Shown here: one piece after another, positions 36,535-46,529 of the stretch
Layout of the letters: each line of letters begins with the position of its first letter
How positions within the stretch are numbered: position 1 is the first letter of the stretch
From: a virus
UHGV virus genome: UHGV-1841366
Reading direction: 5' to 3' (one strand)
Length of the DNA stretch: 54,360 nucleotides
Position numbers and translations under genes: made by a program
Notes under the pieces: model-generated
Seen by the model: the letters and a program-made list of their open reading frames with translations, nothing else
What the model was told of the DNA's origin: nothing
The model's database searches: none

Positions 36535-39500
36535 ATGGAACAGTTCAAGCAAAAAAAATTACCGCTTCTTATTGGCGGCGCTGGTGGTAAAAAAAGTAGC
36601 AAAAGCTCCAGCCGTACTCCGGTTGAAGCTGACGATACCGTGAATTCTCGTGCAATGGCCGCTATCCTCGATCTTCTTGGGGAAGGGGTAATTGGCGGCT
36701 TAGTAAATGGCGCAAGATCTATTTTTGTCGACGATTTACCGATTGTAAATGAAGACGGCTCCTCCAATTTTAGCGGAATTACTTGGGATTTTCGCGACGG
36801 TTCACAAGACCAGACTCCAATGTCCGGCTTTGATTTCGTTGAAACACCCAAATCCGTCAATATTCAATTAAAAAAAACACATTATGTAACGGTTTCAATC
36901 GATAACGATGAAGCTGATCGTGTTCGTGTCATCATGAAGTTTCCTTCTTTGCGAAGCGTAGATAAAAAAACTGGTGACACGAACGGCACGACTGTTGAGT
37001 ACAAGTTCCAGATAGCGAATGGCGACTCAACATTTGTAGATGTGGTTGCAGAAGGTGAAAAAAGCGTTGGCATTAAGCTAACTGCAAAGAAGACAGGTGT
37101 TTATTACCGTAGTTATGAACTGAAGTTACCTAAGCCTGGGCGCGCGTATAAGGTGCGTGTTGTCCGTATTACCGATGACAACAACAGTCAGTATCTCTAT
37201 AACGACACATGGGTAGACTCAATAGGTGAGATTGTTGATACACCGATGAACTACCCAAACTCTGTGCTGGTGGGGTTGAAGGTTAATTCTGAGCAGTTTG
37301 GCAACTCTATGCCATCTCGTTCGTATTTGGTGCGAGGATTAAAAATTCGTGTGCCGTCAAACTACAACGAATCCAGCAACACTTATGTGGGCGTATGGGA
37401 TGGCACTTTTAAGCTGCTGTCTTCTTCGAACCCTGCGTGGATTCTCTTTGATTTGCTTACCAATGCTCGATATGGTCTTGGGCAATTCGTGTCGGAATCC
37501 ATGATTGACCTTGGCCAACTGTACCAGATTGGTCGATATTGTGACGAAGAGGTCGATGATGGCTTTGGGGGTAAAGAGAAACGCTTTGCAATCAATACGC
37601 AGATCACCAGTCGACAGGACGCATACCGATTAATTCAGGATATTGCCGGTGCATTCCGCGGCATGGTGTTTTGGGCTGGTGGCATGGTTAACATCATGCA
37701 GGATAGCCCATCAGATCCGGTAATGATGTTTACTAACTCCAACGTCAAAGATGGATTGTTTTCCTATAAAGGTTCTGCACGTAAAGATCGTCCATCAGTT
37801 GCGCTCGTGACTTATAACAACAAGGAGGACGGTTATAAGCAAAATATCGAGTACGTCGAAGATCAGGAAGCAATGCGCCGTTATGGTGAGCGCAAAACAG
37901 AAGTCGTAGCATTTGGCTGTACAAGTCGAGGACAGGCTCACCGAGTTGGTTTGTGGCTTTTGTATACCGCCAGAATGGAGTCGGATGTAATTACATTTAC
38001 TGCCGGTTTAGACGCCTCATTTCTGATGCCTGGTGAAACCGTTCTGATTCAGAATAAATATCGCGCGGACAAACGTAACTCCGGTCGAATTATGGAGTTT
38101 ACCAAAAACAGCATCACTCTCGATGCGCCTGTGTCGTTAACTAAAAGCGGCAGCTTTATTCGGATACTGAATCAGGAAGGCAAAATCGTTGAACGCGATG
38201 TTCTTGAAACTGGCGAAAACATAACAAAGGTTACGTTTTCAAAAGCCCTGACGTCAGCGGAAACGCCTGTTTTGAGCGGTGTCTGGACAATTACAGAACC
38301 AGATCTCGAACCTATGCGCGTTCGCATCGTTAACATCGCGCAGGGGGAAACGCCGGGTAGCTTTGACATCACCGCTGTTGAGAACAATCCGACTAAATAT
38401 GAGGCGATCGACAATGGTGCAACGCTTATCCCGCAGAATACGACGGTATTGGACCCGACTTACTCGAAGCCGTCTAATTTGCAAATCACTGAAGGGACTT
38501 ATCTCTCAAGTCCGGGCAACCTGTCAGTAAAATTGACTGCAACATGGGAAGGAAAATCTCCAGAATATTGGATCAGCTGGCGACGTTCAGATGAAAGCAA
38601 TGTATCGAACTGGCAATCGGCGCGTGTAACCGAAGAGCAATACGAAATCGTTAATGTTGCGGAGAATGGACGCTACGACTTCCAGCTGTATGCGGTTTCA
38701 TTCAACGGTAAAAAAACAGAGATCATCAGCACCGTTTATCAGGTGCAGGGCACAATGACTCCACCTGATTCGCCAACGTCATTAACGGCAGTTGGGGACT
38801 ATCGAAATGTGATACTGAATTGGATTAATCCAGATTCGGTGGACCTTGATCATATTAATGTTTACGCATCCAAGGTTAACAATCTGGATACAGCGAAACT
38901 GATCGCAGAGTCTGCAAGCACCACCTTTACACATGCTGGTCTTGGGGATAACGAAACGTGGTATTACTGGGTGCGAGCATCGAACAAGCGCGGCATGTTA
39001 AGCCCTCCGAACTCAAACTTGGGTACAGAGGCGACAACTCGCGATGTATTGTCGTTCCTGACTGGCAAAATTACATCTTCCGAGCTTGGTCAGGCCTTGA
39101 CTGAGGAAATTAGCTCAAAAGCCTCTCAGGAGGCGGTGAACTCCATCTATGAACAGATTGATGAAAGCCTGAAGAACCTTGATGGCAAGTTTTCAGAGAC
39201 AGATCGGCGGCTTGAAGAAGCTCAAAACGATCTTAAAACGGAGGTTTCCAGCACCGTCAGCAAGGTAGAAGACGCTCTTAAAGAGGTTGAAGACTCTAAC
39301 GCTGCTTTAATTCAGCTACAGGAGACTGTCTCCGAGCAGGGCAAGGCTGTGGCTGGTGCAGTCGAAGCGGCCCATGCTGCGTTCGAAAATGCTTCTGCAT
39401 TGATTGCCGAAGAACGTGAGGCTCGAGTAGAAGGAGATATGGCTAACGCTAAACAGATTGAGACAATGAAATCTTCTGTTGACGATAGTGTTGCGGCAGT

Positions 39501-40695
39501 TGAAGAGATGAAGAAAACTGTGGCCGAAGTCGGGCGAGTCAGTGCTGAAACGACCACTAATATTGAAGCGTTGGCAAAAACTAATATTGATCTCGCATTA
39601 CGCCAGGATGAAGAACAACACAAGCAGTTAATGAATAACGCTAAGATAGCTACCACTCAGAAGACATTTGCTGATGATTTGTCAGCGATGGCGTCGAAAG
39701 TGGAAGAGATCCGTGCTGAAATTGGTGAAGATATTCGCGCCTCTATCACGGAGGAAACGACAGCTCGGGTTGAGGCTGATAAGGCTATTGCAACCCAAAT
39801 TGACAAGCTTGAAGCTCAGATTAACGACGATATTGCTGCGGCGATTGTGCTTGAACAAGAGGCTCGCGTCACAGCCGACGAATCATTGTCAAAACAAATT
39901 ACTACATTACAAGCCAAGGTTGAAGGCGACATCAGTGCGGCGTTGACCGAAGAGCAAATTGCCAGAGCGAGCGCTGATGAATCGTTGGCGCAACAAATCA
40001 CAACACTAAAGACCCAAACAGGTGTTGATATCAAGGCGGCTGTTGCGGAAGAAACGAAAGCCAGAACTGATGTTGACTCTGCGCTGGCTGGGCAGATCAC
40101 TAATTTGCAGGCTCAGACAGAAAAAGATATCAGCGCCGCAATTACGTCTGAATCTACCGCACGCGCAGAAGCTGATAAAGCACTAAGTGGTCGTATTGAT
40201 ACGATAAGGACTGAAGTAGAAGGCAACTCAGCAACTATCCAGCAGCAATCCCAAGCCATTGCCGACACCAACAAAAAAATCTCAACGGCGTGGACGTTGA
40301 AAATGGAGACTTCAACGAGTGGGGGGCAGAAGTATATTGCCGGTATTGCGCTTGGTATCGACACAACTGGTCTTTCTCAGTTTTTGGTGCAAGCGGACAG
40401 GTTTGGTTTGGTCAACTCTGTGAACGGGAAGATCACCACACCATTTGTTATCGAAAACAGCGTCGCCTATATGAATGGTGCGTATATCAAGGATGGCACA
40501 ATCACCAATGCAAAAGTTGGTGATCTGCAATCTACCGATTTTGTCTCCGGTAGATCTGGATGGCGATTCGGTAAAAATGGAACGCTTGAGATCAACGGTA
40601 ATAGCGGCGGCAATGGGCGATTGGTCATAAATGGTCAGCGGATTGATGTTTATGACGATAACAACGTCCTACGAGTAAGAATTGGCCTTCTGTGA
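36535..40695 (+). CDS. central tail fibre / host specificity protein (lambda J-like)
   Basis: About 1386 aa; N-terminal Gly/Lys-rich region resembles lambda J; five tandem ~33-aa repeats near the C-terminus (DNA 39745-40240). Confidence 0.75.
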   Translation: MEQFKQKKLPLLIGGAGGKKSSKSSSRTPVEADDTVNSRAMAAILDLLGEGVIGGLVNGARSIFVDDLPIVNEDGSSNFSGITWDFRDGSQDQTPMSGFDFVETPKSVNIQLKKTHYVTVSIDNDEADRVRVIMKFPSLRSVDKKTGDTNGTTVEYKFQIANGDSTFVDVVAEGEKSVGIKLTAKKTGVYYRSYELKLPKPGRAYKVRVVRITDDNNSQYLYNDTWVDSIGEIVDTPMNYPNSVLVGLKVNSEQFGNSMPSRSYLVRGLKIRVPSNYNESSNTYVGVWDGTFKLLSSSNPAWILFDLLTNARYGLGQFVSESMIDLGQLYQIGRYCDEEVDDGFGGKEKRFAINTQITSRQDAYRLIQDIAGAFRGMVFWAGGMVNIMQDSPSDPVMMFTNSNVKDGLFSYKGSARKDRPSVALVTYNNKEDGYKQNIEYVEDQEAMRRYGERKTEVVAFGCTSRGQAHRVGLWLLYTARMESDVITFTAGLDASFLMPGETVLIQNKYRADKRNSGRIMEFTKNSITLDAPVSLTKSGSFIRILNQEGKIVERDVLETGENITKVTFSKALTSAETPVLSGVWTITEPDLEPMRVRIVNIAQGETPGSFDITAVENNPTKYEAIDNGATLIPQNTTVLDPTYSKPSNLQITEGTYLSSPGNLSVKLTATWEGKSPEYWISWRRSDESNVSNWQSARVTEEQYEIVNVAENGRYDFQLYAVSFNGKKTEIISTVYQVQGTMTPPDSPTSLTAVGDYRNVILNWINPDSVDLDHINVYASKVNNLDTAKLIAESASTTFTHAGLGDNETWYYWVRASNKRGMLSPPNSNLGTEATTRDVLSFLTGKITSSELGQALTEEISSKASQEAVNSIYEQIDESLKNLDGKFSETDRRLEEAQNDLKTEVSSTVSKVEDALKEVEDSNAALIQLQETVSEQGKAVAGAVEAAHAAFENASALIAEEREARVEGDMANAKQIETMKSSVDDSVAAVEEMKKTVAEVGRVSAETTTNIEALAKTNIDLALRQDEEQHKQLMNNAKIATTQKTFADDLSAMASKVEEIRAEIGEDIRASITEETTARVEADKAIATQIDKLEAQINDDIAAAIVLEQEARVTADESLSKQITTLQAKVEGDISAALTEEQIARASADESLAQQITTLKTQTGVDIKAAVAEETKARTDVDSALAGQITNLQAQTEKDISAAITSESTARAEADKALSGRIDTIRTEVEGNSATIQQQSQAIADTNKKISTAWTLKMETSTSGGQKYIAGIALGIDTTGLSQFLVQADRFGLVNSVNGKITTPFVIENSVAYMNGAYIKDGTITNAKVGDLQSTDFVSGRSGWRFGKNGTLEINGNSGGNGRLVINGQRIDVYDDNNVLRVRIGLL

Positions 40696-40788
40696 TAGTA
40701 GAAAAAAAAATTTATATCGGTAAAAATAAGTAGGTATTTACTTTGTGGTGGGCAAGAATAGCCCACCAAAACAAGGAGCATATTCAAC

Positions 40789-43323
40789 ATGTGGTACAGG
40801 GAAGGTACTATCACATTTACACAGGGTAGCAATACTCTGGTTGGGGCAGGGACAGCCTGGAACGTAACCGCTAATGGTGTGTTGCCGGGTATGATCGTCG
40901 TTGGCCCCGATAATAAACTGTATGAGATCAAGCGCGTAACCAGTGACACGAATATTGTTCTCTCAGAACCTTATACCGGTGAAACTCAGTCTGAAGTTCC
41001 GTGCCGAATCATTACGACCTATGAGGGCGACTTAACGCAGTTTAGCGCACGCTTTACTGCACTAATGTCGCGTATGTCGGCTGATTCCAAGTCCATGCGT
41101 AGTTGGCTGACTGCCGTGGATGAAATCACAATTGAACGTGAAGATGGTACGGAATTAACCATAAAATCCCTTACTCAGATCGTTAATGAGCACAACAAAA
41201 ACGTAGAGTGGTATAAAAATAACACTGATGAAATTGATTCCGCTGGCACCTATGCGCGTGAGGCCGCGAGTAGCGCGACAACTGCTGCGCAAAACGCTGA
41301 GCGCGTTGAACAGATCGCGCAAAATATTGCTAACAGTATAAGTACGGCCCAGCAGGCTGCCACAGATGCTGCAAATAGTGCCGGTGCCGCGAAAACGTCA
41401 GAAACGAATGCGGCAGCGTCACAACAATCAGCAGCCACTTCTGCATCCACCGCGACCACGAAAGCGTCAGAAGCAGCCTCCTTAGCCAGGGATGCGTCGG
41501 CTTCAAAAGAGGCGGCAAAATCATCAGAAGCGAACGCGAAAGCGTCGGAAACCAGTGCCGAATCCTCAAAAACGGCAGCCGCATCGTCAGCCAGTTCGGC
41601 AGCGTCATCGGCATCGTCTGCGTCGGCTTCAAAAGATGAAGCGACTAAACAGGCGTCAGCCGCAAAAGATAGTGCTATGACTGCATCCTCGAAAGCAACA
41701 GAGGCGACAGGCAGTGCAACGGCTGCCTCTCAGAGCAAAACTGCTGCTGAATCCGCTGCGACCCGTGCGGAAGCTGCTGCTGCTCGTGCTGAAGAGATTG
41801 CCGGTGCAGTTGCGATGGAAGACGCAAGCCTTACAACTAAAGGTGTTGTGAAACTTAGCAGTGCGACCAACAGCACTTCAGAGTCACTGGCTGCAACCCC
41901 AAAAGCGGTAAAAGCTGCATATGACCTGGCTGACGGGAAATACACTGCGCAGGATGCAACGACAACCCAGAAAGGGATAATCCAGCTAAGTAGCGCCATC
42001 AATGACGAATCTGAAACGCTTGCTGCAACGCCAAAAGCGGTAAAAGTCGCCTATGACAATGCCGAAAACCGCCTGCAGAAAGATCAGAATGGCGCTGATA
42101 TCCCTGACAAGAACGCATTCAGGGAAAGTCTTGGGCTGGGGGATGCCGCCACCAAAAATATCGGTACTACAGCCGGCACCGTAGCGGCAGGAAACGACTC
42201 CAGACTGGTTAACGCACTGCAAAAATCCACTTCAGCCCTGGCCGTGGACCTGAATACACTGGGGAGTCTGGAAGTCCAGGGAACTTATTATCAGCCAGCG
42301 GATAAAGGGGCAACAGCTGCGCATCATTACCCGGTGCTCCGGTCCGGGACATTGCAGGTTCTGCCTGGTGTCTGGGGAGGCTGCCAACAGGAATATACGA
42401 GCTGGAATCCACCGAGAAAATTTGTGAGAACACTGACAGGCTATTTCAAAGGTAATGGCCCGTGGTCGCCGTGGGTGGAGGTGGCGTTTACCGACAGTAC
42501 AGTGGCTGTTGCGACCGCAGCGACAAAATTGCAGACGACCAGAAGAGTTGGTGGTGTGGATTTTGACGGGACATCAGATATCAGCCTCCCCGGAGTGGAT
42601 GCGCCAGGCGATCAGGATACGACAGGTAATGCGGCTACTGCGACCAAATTGCAGACGCCAGTGAATATTAACGGTACAGCGTTTGATGGTAGCCACGATA
42701 TCACGATCCGGGATGAAGGTGCATTTCAGAAGCCTGCGCTCTTTATACATTCCTCTGTAGATTTGAACACGCTAGGTGGTCCAGGTAGCGAAGGTTTTTA
42801 TTTTCAGAAATACGGGAGTGTGGCGACAGTTGATCATCATTACCCAACCAACAGACCAGGCACGCTGACTGTACTGCGTGGTGGATTTGACGGATGCCAG
42901 CAGGAATATTTTAGTGTTAATCCTCCAAGGAAATTTTTCAGGGCATTAACAGGAGCCTGGAACGGACAGGATGGCCCATGGTCAGACTGGTTTGAGATTC
43001 AGACTCTGGGAGGTGGAAGTGGAGGTACGCAGGTTTTTGGAACCGAATATCAAAATAAATCATCAGAACGCGGTCCGGGTGTTACATACACTAATAGTCG
43101 ATCGTATCCGATTATGGTGATCATTGATGGATACTACGGAGGTGGTGACGGTTTTCATCTTTTTATAAACGATGAAATATTGATATCCCCATCTACATCT
43201 TCAGGACAAAATGACGACCAATTTCAGTTTACTTTCATCGTTCCGGCAGGCGCAACGTACATGATCTTTGAAAAAACTTTCGGTACGAATTTCCGTATTC
43301 ACACCTGGTTGGAGTTTTGTTAA
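40789..43323 (+). CDS. side tail fibre protein
   Basis: 844 aa; phage tail-fibre repeat pattern (KGIIQLSSAINDESETLAATPKAVKVAYD, twice), long Ala/Ser-rich low-complexity region, internally duplicated C-terminal blocks. Confidence 0.7.
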   Translation: MWYREGTITFTQGSNTLVGAGTAWNVTANGVLPGMIVVGPDNKLYEIKRVTSDTNIVLSEPYTGETQSEVPCRIITTYEGDLTQFSARFTALMSRMSADSKSMRSWLTAVDEITIEREDGTELTIKSLTQIVNEHNKNVEWYKNNTDEIDSAGTYAREAASSATTAAQNAERVEQIAQNIANSISTAQQAATDAANSAGAAKTSETNAAASQQSAATSASTATTKASEAASLARDASASKEAAKSSEANAKASETSAESSKTAAASSASSAASSASSASASKDEATKQASAAKDSAMTASSKATEATGSATAASQSKTAAESAATRAEAAAARAEEIAGAVAMEDASLTTKGVVKLSSATNSTSESLAATPKAVKAAYDLADGKYTAQDATTTQKGIIQLSSAINDESETLAATPKAVKVAYDNAENRLQKDQNGADIPDKNAFRESLGLGDAATKNIGTTAGTVAAGNDSRLVNALQKSTSALAVDLNTLGSLEVQGTYYQPADKGATAAHHYPVLRSGTLQVLPGVWGGCQQEYTSWNPPRKFVRTLTGYFKGNGPWSPWVEVAFTDSTVAVATAATKLQTTRRVGGVDFDGTSDISLPGVDAPGDQDTTGNAATATKLQTPVNINGTAFDGSHDITIRDEGAFQKPALFIHSSVDLNTLGGPGSEGFYFQKYGSVATVDHHYPTNRPGTLTVLRGGFDGCQQEYFSVNPPRKFFRALTGAWNGQDGPWSDWFEIQTLGGGSGGTQVFGTEYQNKSSERGPGVTYTNSRSYPIMVIIDGYYGGGDGFHLFINDEILISPSTSSGQNDDQFQFTFIVPAGATYMIFEKTFGTNFRIHTWLEFC

Positions 43324-43325
43324 GA

Positions 43326-43691
43326 ATGAAATATTTTGTCGATGCGAAAGGTACTATTTATGCCTACGAGTCTGACGGTTCGCAGGATGAGTTCATTAAA
43401 GAGGGACTGACGCCAGTAACGGAAGCGGAGGTGAAAGAACGCCTGAAACCATCAGCAGAATGCTGGCAACGACGAGCGGAGAGCAAGAGAGAGTCGTTGA
43501 TATCTGAAGCTGGTCGCAATTTGTCCGTCAATCAGGTTCGATTGCTTTCGGGGCGTGTGTTATCAGAACGTGAGAGTCAGTCGCTGAATGCCTGGCTGGA
43601 TTACGTAGACGCACTGGAGGCGATGACGTTTGCTGCTGTTGTTGATGAGGAAAGCTATCTCAGCATCAAGTGGCCGGAAAAACCCGCGTGA
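43326..43691 (+). CDS. tail fibre assembly protein (putative)
   Basis: About 121 aa immediately after the fibre gene; ATG at 43326 (ORF track starts at TTG 43317). Confidence 0.5.
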   Translation: MKYFVDAKGTIYAYESDGSQDEFIKEGLTPVTEAEVKERLKPSAECWQRRAESKRESLISEAGRNLSVNQVRLLSGRVLSERESQSLNAWLDYVDALEAMTFAAVVDEESYLSIKWPEKPA

Positions 43692-43997
43692 TAAAAAGGC
43701 CCGCACACAAGGTGCGGGCAAATGATCGCGTAATATACTCAACAATTAGCTCTGTAATTATACAGATTCTTAATAGCGACAGAACTATTTAATGCGCTCG
43801 GATTCGTTTTTAGTTGAAGTAATATTAAACACCCTGAAATATCGTATAAGTTACTCGAAGGGGTTCATTAGAATCCATTCAATGCTTTCTCGGCAGTGCT
43901 TTGAAACGATAATGGATAAGTAAGCACATACCTACAATGAAAGTGTGATATGTGATATAAATCCGCCATCCCGATTTGACTTTTCATGGAGGAAAAC

Positions 43998-44321
43998 ATG
44001 TCGAACGAGATGGCGGGCGTTACAACAGATCAAGTTGAGCGTATTGCCGCAATCGTTGCTCGGGAGGTTGTTGGCAAATTGGGTAAAGAGCTACGTGAAG
44101 AAATTGGCCAGGAGGTCAACGATCAGCTGAAAACCTACTTTGGTGATATGACCCCGGCGCAACATAGTATTCAACACTCCAACCTGGACAAACTCCTTAA
44201 CCGGTTAGATTCCATCTCAAGTGGGTTCTTTGGCGGCATTGTTTCTAAAATAACGTCGTTCATTATTACCGCACTGCTTTTGGGGTTAGCCGCGTATGGC
44301 GTAAAAAACGGGCTGCAATAA
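43998..44321 (+). CDS. putative lysis-cassette membrane protein (holin candidate)
   Basis: ATG after GGAGG; single C-terminal hydrophobic helix (ITSFIITALLLGLAAYGV); first gene of the block ending in spanins. Topology is atypical for holins. Confidence 0.3.
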   Translation: MSNEMAGVTTDQVERIAAIVAREVVGKLGKELREEIGQEVNDQLKTYFGDMTPAQHSIQHSNLDKLLNRLDSISSGFFGGIVSKITSFIITALLLGLAAYGVKNGLQ

Positions 44322-44334
44322 CAGGAGATCAAGG

Positions 44335-45027
44335 ATGAAAACTCCGAGAGGCATTCGTAATAATAACCCCGGTAATCTTGATAAAGGATCACCGTGGCAA
44401 GGTCTGGTTGCGAATCCAGACGAACCGCGCTTTTGCACGTTTAAAGACCCTGTTTGGGGGATTCGTGCGCTGGCGGTGACTCTAATTACCTACCACGATA
44501 AACGTCGCGCAAAAGACGGCTCAAGTATCGATACCATTCGTGAAGTTATTGAACGCTGGGCACCGCCGAATGAAAACAATACTGACGCCTACATTAATGA
44601 GGTGTCTAAAGCCGTTGGTGTAACCGCAGACATGATCATCGATCTGCATGATTACGACATCCTTCGACCTTTGGTTGAGGCAATCATTCGCCACGAGAAT
44701 GGTCGAGGTCCACTCAAAACGCTGAACACCTGGTATGCGGCAGAAGTTATTGAGGAAGGTCTGCGTCGAGCTGGCGTCGTTAAGCCGGTGAAAACCGTGA
44801 AGGCTGTTCCTGTAACTAAAGAAACCGCAGGCGCAACTGTTACAGCAGGTATTGGTCTGGCGCAGCTGGCCGATGTTATGCCGCAGGTTTCCGCTGCTAT
44901 GGATAAGGCACAAGGTCATATCTCTAGCGGGGATACAGTACGCATCATCTTCGGTATTGCCACTATTGTTGTGGCAGGATTCATTGCCTGGTCGCAGGTA
45001 AGAAAACATCAGAAAGGGATGGTCTAA
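44335..45027 (+). CDS. putative endolysin-position protein with C-terminal membrane anchor
   Basis: 230 aa between holin candidate and spanins; C-terminal hydrophobic helix; I could not assign a hydrolase family. Confidence 0.3.
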   Translation: MKTPRGIRNNNPGNLDKGSPWQGLVANPDEPRFCTFKDPVWGIRALAVTLITYHDKRRAKDGSSIDTIREVIERWAPPNENNTDAYINEVSKAVGVTADMIIDLHDYDILRPLVEAIIRHENGRGPLKTLNTWYAAEVIEEGLRRAGVVKPVKTVKAVPVTKETAGATVTAGIGLAQLADVMPQVSAAMDKAQGHISSGDTVRIIFGIATIVVAGFIAWSQVRKHQKGMV

Positions 45028-45028
45028 T

Positions 45029-45280
45029 ATGCTAGGCAGCCTGATGACAAAGCTAAAAGTTGCTTTGATTACGCTGGCTGCCGTTCTTTTCGTTCTGGTC
45101 GGCGCTTACACGATGGGCGGAAATGCGGCGCGACGAGCAATGGAAGAGAAGGCAAAACAGGAAGACAGAAAACGACTTCAAAACACAGTGGAAGTGGTAA
45201 ATGAGACGAGCAATAAAATACGTCAGAAAGATGCTTCTGCCATTCATCGTGAGTTGTATGATAAGTGGGTGCGTCATTAA
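45029..45280 (+). CDS. i-spanin (Rz-like)
   Basis: 83 aa with N-terminal transmembrane helix followed by a charged helical region; o-spanin ORF embedded in another frame. Confidence 0.55.
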   Translation: MLGSLMTKLKVALITLAAVLFVLVGAYTMGGNAARRAMEEKAKQEDRKRLQNTVEVVNETSNKIRQKDASAIHRELYDKWVRH

Positions 45281-45416
45281 ACCACAAACCGCCAGCGTAT
45301 TGTTCTGCGATGGAGCTGAGCCTATCTATATCAGCAATAATGATGTAATGACCGAAGAAACCGAACGCCAAATCCTTTTTCACAATACGATGGGAGAGAG
45401 AGTTTGCGGTTGGTGA
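45201..45416 (+). CDS. o-spanin (Rz1-like lipoprotein)
   Basis: Overlaps the i-spanin in a different frame; signal-like segment with lipobox-like ISGC; true start may be the internal ATG at 45231. Confidence 0.5.
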   Translation: MRRAIKYVRKMLLPFIVSCMISGCVIKPQTASVLFCDGAEPIYISNNDVMTEETERQILFHNTMGERVCGW

Positions 45417-45424
45417 TACGAAGT

Positions 45425-45442
45425 TCCCCTCATTTGAGGGGA
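45425..45442. terminator. hairpin between convergent genes
   Basis: TCCCCTCA / TGAGGGGA stem between the + strand spanins and the minus-strand toxin gene. Confidence 0.45.
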
Positions 45443-45447
45443 GTACA

Positions 45448-45969
45448 TTATTCTTCGAACAATTTTTCGATAGATTTTGTTGGATAGAACAAAGATCGCT
45501 CGTTGTTTCCAATCAACTGGATAAAGCCCAGGCTTTTATAAAACGCCTTAGCCTTATCATTCAACGCCTCAACGAAGAGTCCATGAATACCAACAGCAAG
45601 AGAGGCGTTATACACAACACGCATAGCGTGTGTTACAAGCATTGAGCCAAACCCTTGACTTTGAAGAGGTTTGTCCAAAGCCAGTCTGCCCAAAGTAACA
45701 CTTGGCACATTCCGATAAGGCACCTTCTTTTGCTGGCTTCTTGAAGGTAAGGACTCCTTTTCAAAGCAGCTGCCTGACAAAGTGTAATACCCTAACACTT
45801 TGGGTCTGTCTTCTTTAGTGCAAAGCACATAAGCGCGAAGAATTTTTCCCTCATGCTGTCTTTTTAAGTGGTTGATTAAAAAGGAGTTTAGAGATTCTTC
45901 ACCGCAATCAAAGCCATTCAAATCATAATCTTTCTCTCCAGAGAAAATTTCTATCTTTATATTATCCAC
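45448..45969 (-). CDS. ataT: GNAT-family toxin of a type II toxin-antitoxin pair (AtaT/TacT/KacT-like)
   Basis: 173 aa; near-collinear match to the AtaT sequence as I recall it (DYDL..FDCGEE, VLGYYTL.GSCFE, IPSVTLGRLA, GIHGLFVEALN, FYKSLGF); 7-nt gap to the upstream antitoxin. Confidence 0.7.
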   Translation of the reverse strand: MDNIKIEIFSGEKDYDLNGFDCGEESLNSFLINHLKRQHEGKILRAYVLCTKEDRPKVLGYYTLSGSCFEKESLPSRSQQKKVPYRNVPSVTLGRLALDKPLQSQGFGSMLVTHAMRVVYNASLAVGIHGLFVEALNDKAKAFYKSLGFIQLIGNNERSLFYPTKSIEKLFEE

Positions 45970-45976
45970 GAGTAAA

Positions 45977-46246
45977 CTATTCCATGCTTTTCAGACGATC
46001 AGCAGCTCGTTTCAGCTTGTCGTTCGGTGCCGGAGGATTGCTTATAGCGTCCATAACCAGATTCCAGGATTCCTCATTCAGAACCAGTCTACGGTGTTGC
46101 TCTATAACTTTCACGGCACGTTCAGATGCACTGCTAACCATAAACTGAGTAATGCTCTGGTTAGACATTGCGGCAGCTTCCTCGATGATGCTTTTATCGT
46201 CATCGGTTAATCTCAAATCGATGCGCTGCTTTTTTAGTGCTGACAT
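45977..46246 (-). CDS. ataR: DUF1778-type antitoxin (AtaR/TacA-like)
   Basis: ATG at 46246 preceded by AGGAGG (ORF track begins upstream at 46285); MSALKKQRIDLRLTDDDKS...NEESW closely resembles AtaR as recalled. Confidence 0.7.
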   Translation of the reverse strand: MSALKKQRIDLRLTDDDKSIIEEAAAMSNQSITQFMVSSASERAVKVIEQHRRLVLNEESWNLVMDAISNPPAPNDKLKRAADRLKSME

Positions 46247-46434
46247 GTATTCCTCCTGATGGCCGTGATGTAGGAAGGCCATCAATCTCCTCTGTTCAAA
46301 CTGAGGTTTCGACTCAAAAATTACTTTAAAAGGCTATAGCCCATTACGTGTGCATTATCAAATTGTGTACGGCATATCACCGTACTTGTAATATAGAGGT
46401 CATTGTTACTTTTTTCAACAGACAAATACAAGCT

Positions 46435-46456
46435 GTGATTGCCAATTGTTAATCAC
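46435..46456. promoter_or_regulatory. operator-like inverted repeat GTGATT-N10-AATCAC
   Basis: In the 318-bp divergent region between ataR and parA; a second inverted repeat GTACGG-N8-CCGTAC lies at 46369-46390. Confidence 0.35.
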
Positions 46457-46516
46457 AACCTACCATTTAACCTTTACACCGCAGCCGTAGGCATTTAGGC
46501 TATATCACATATAAGA

Positions 46517-46529
46517 AAACAAGTTGTTT
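46517..46529. promoter_or_regulatory. palindromic motif AAACAA-N-TTGTTT (copy upstream of parA)
   Basis: Perfect copy 36 nt upstream of the parA start. Confidence 0.5.
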
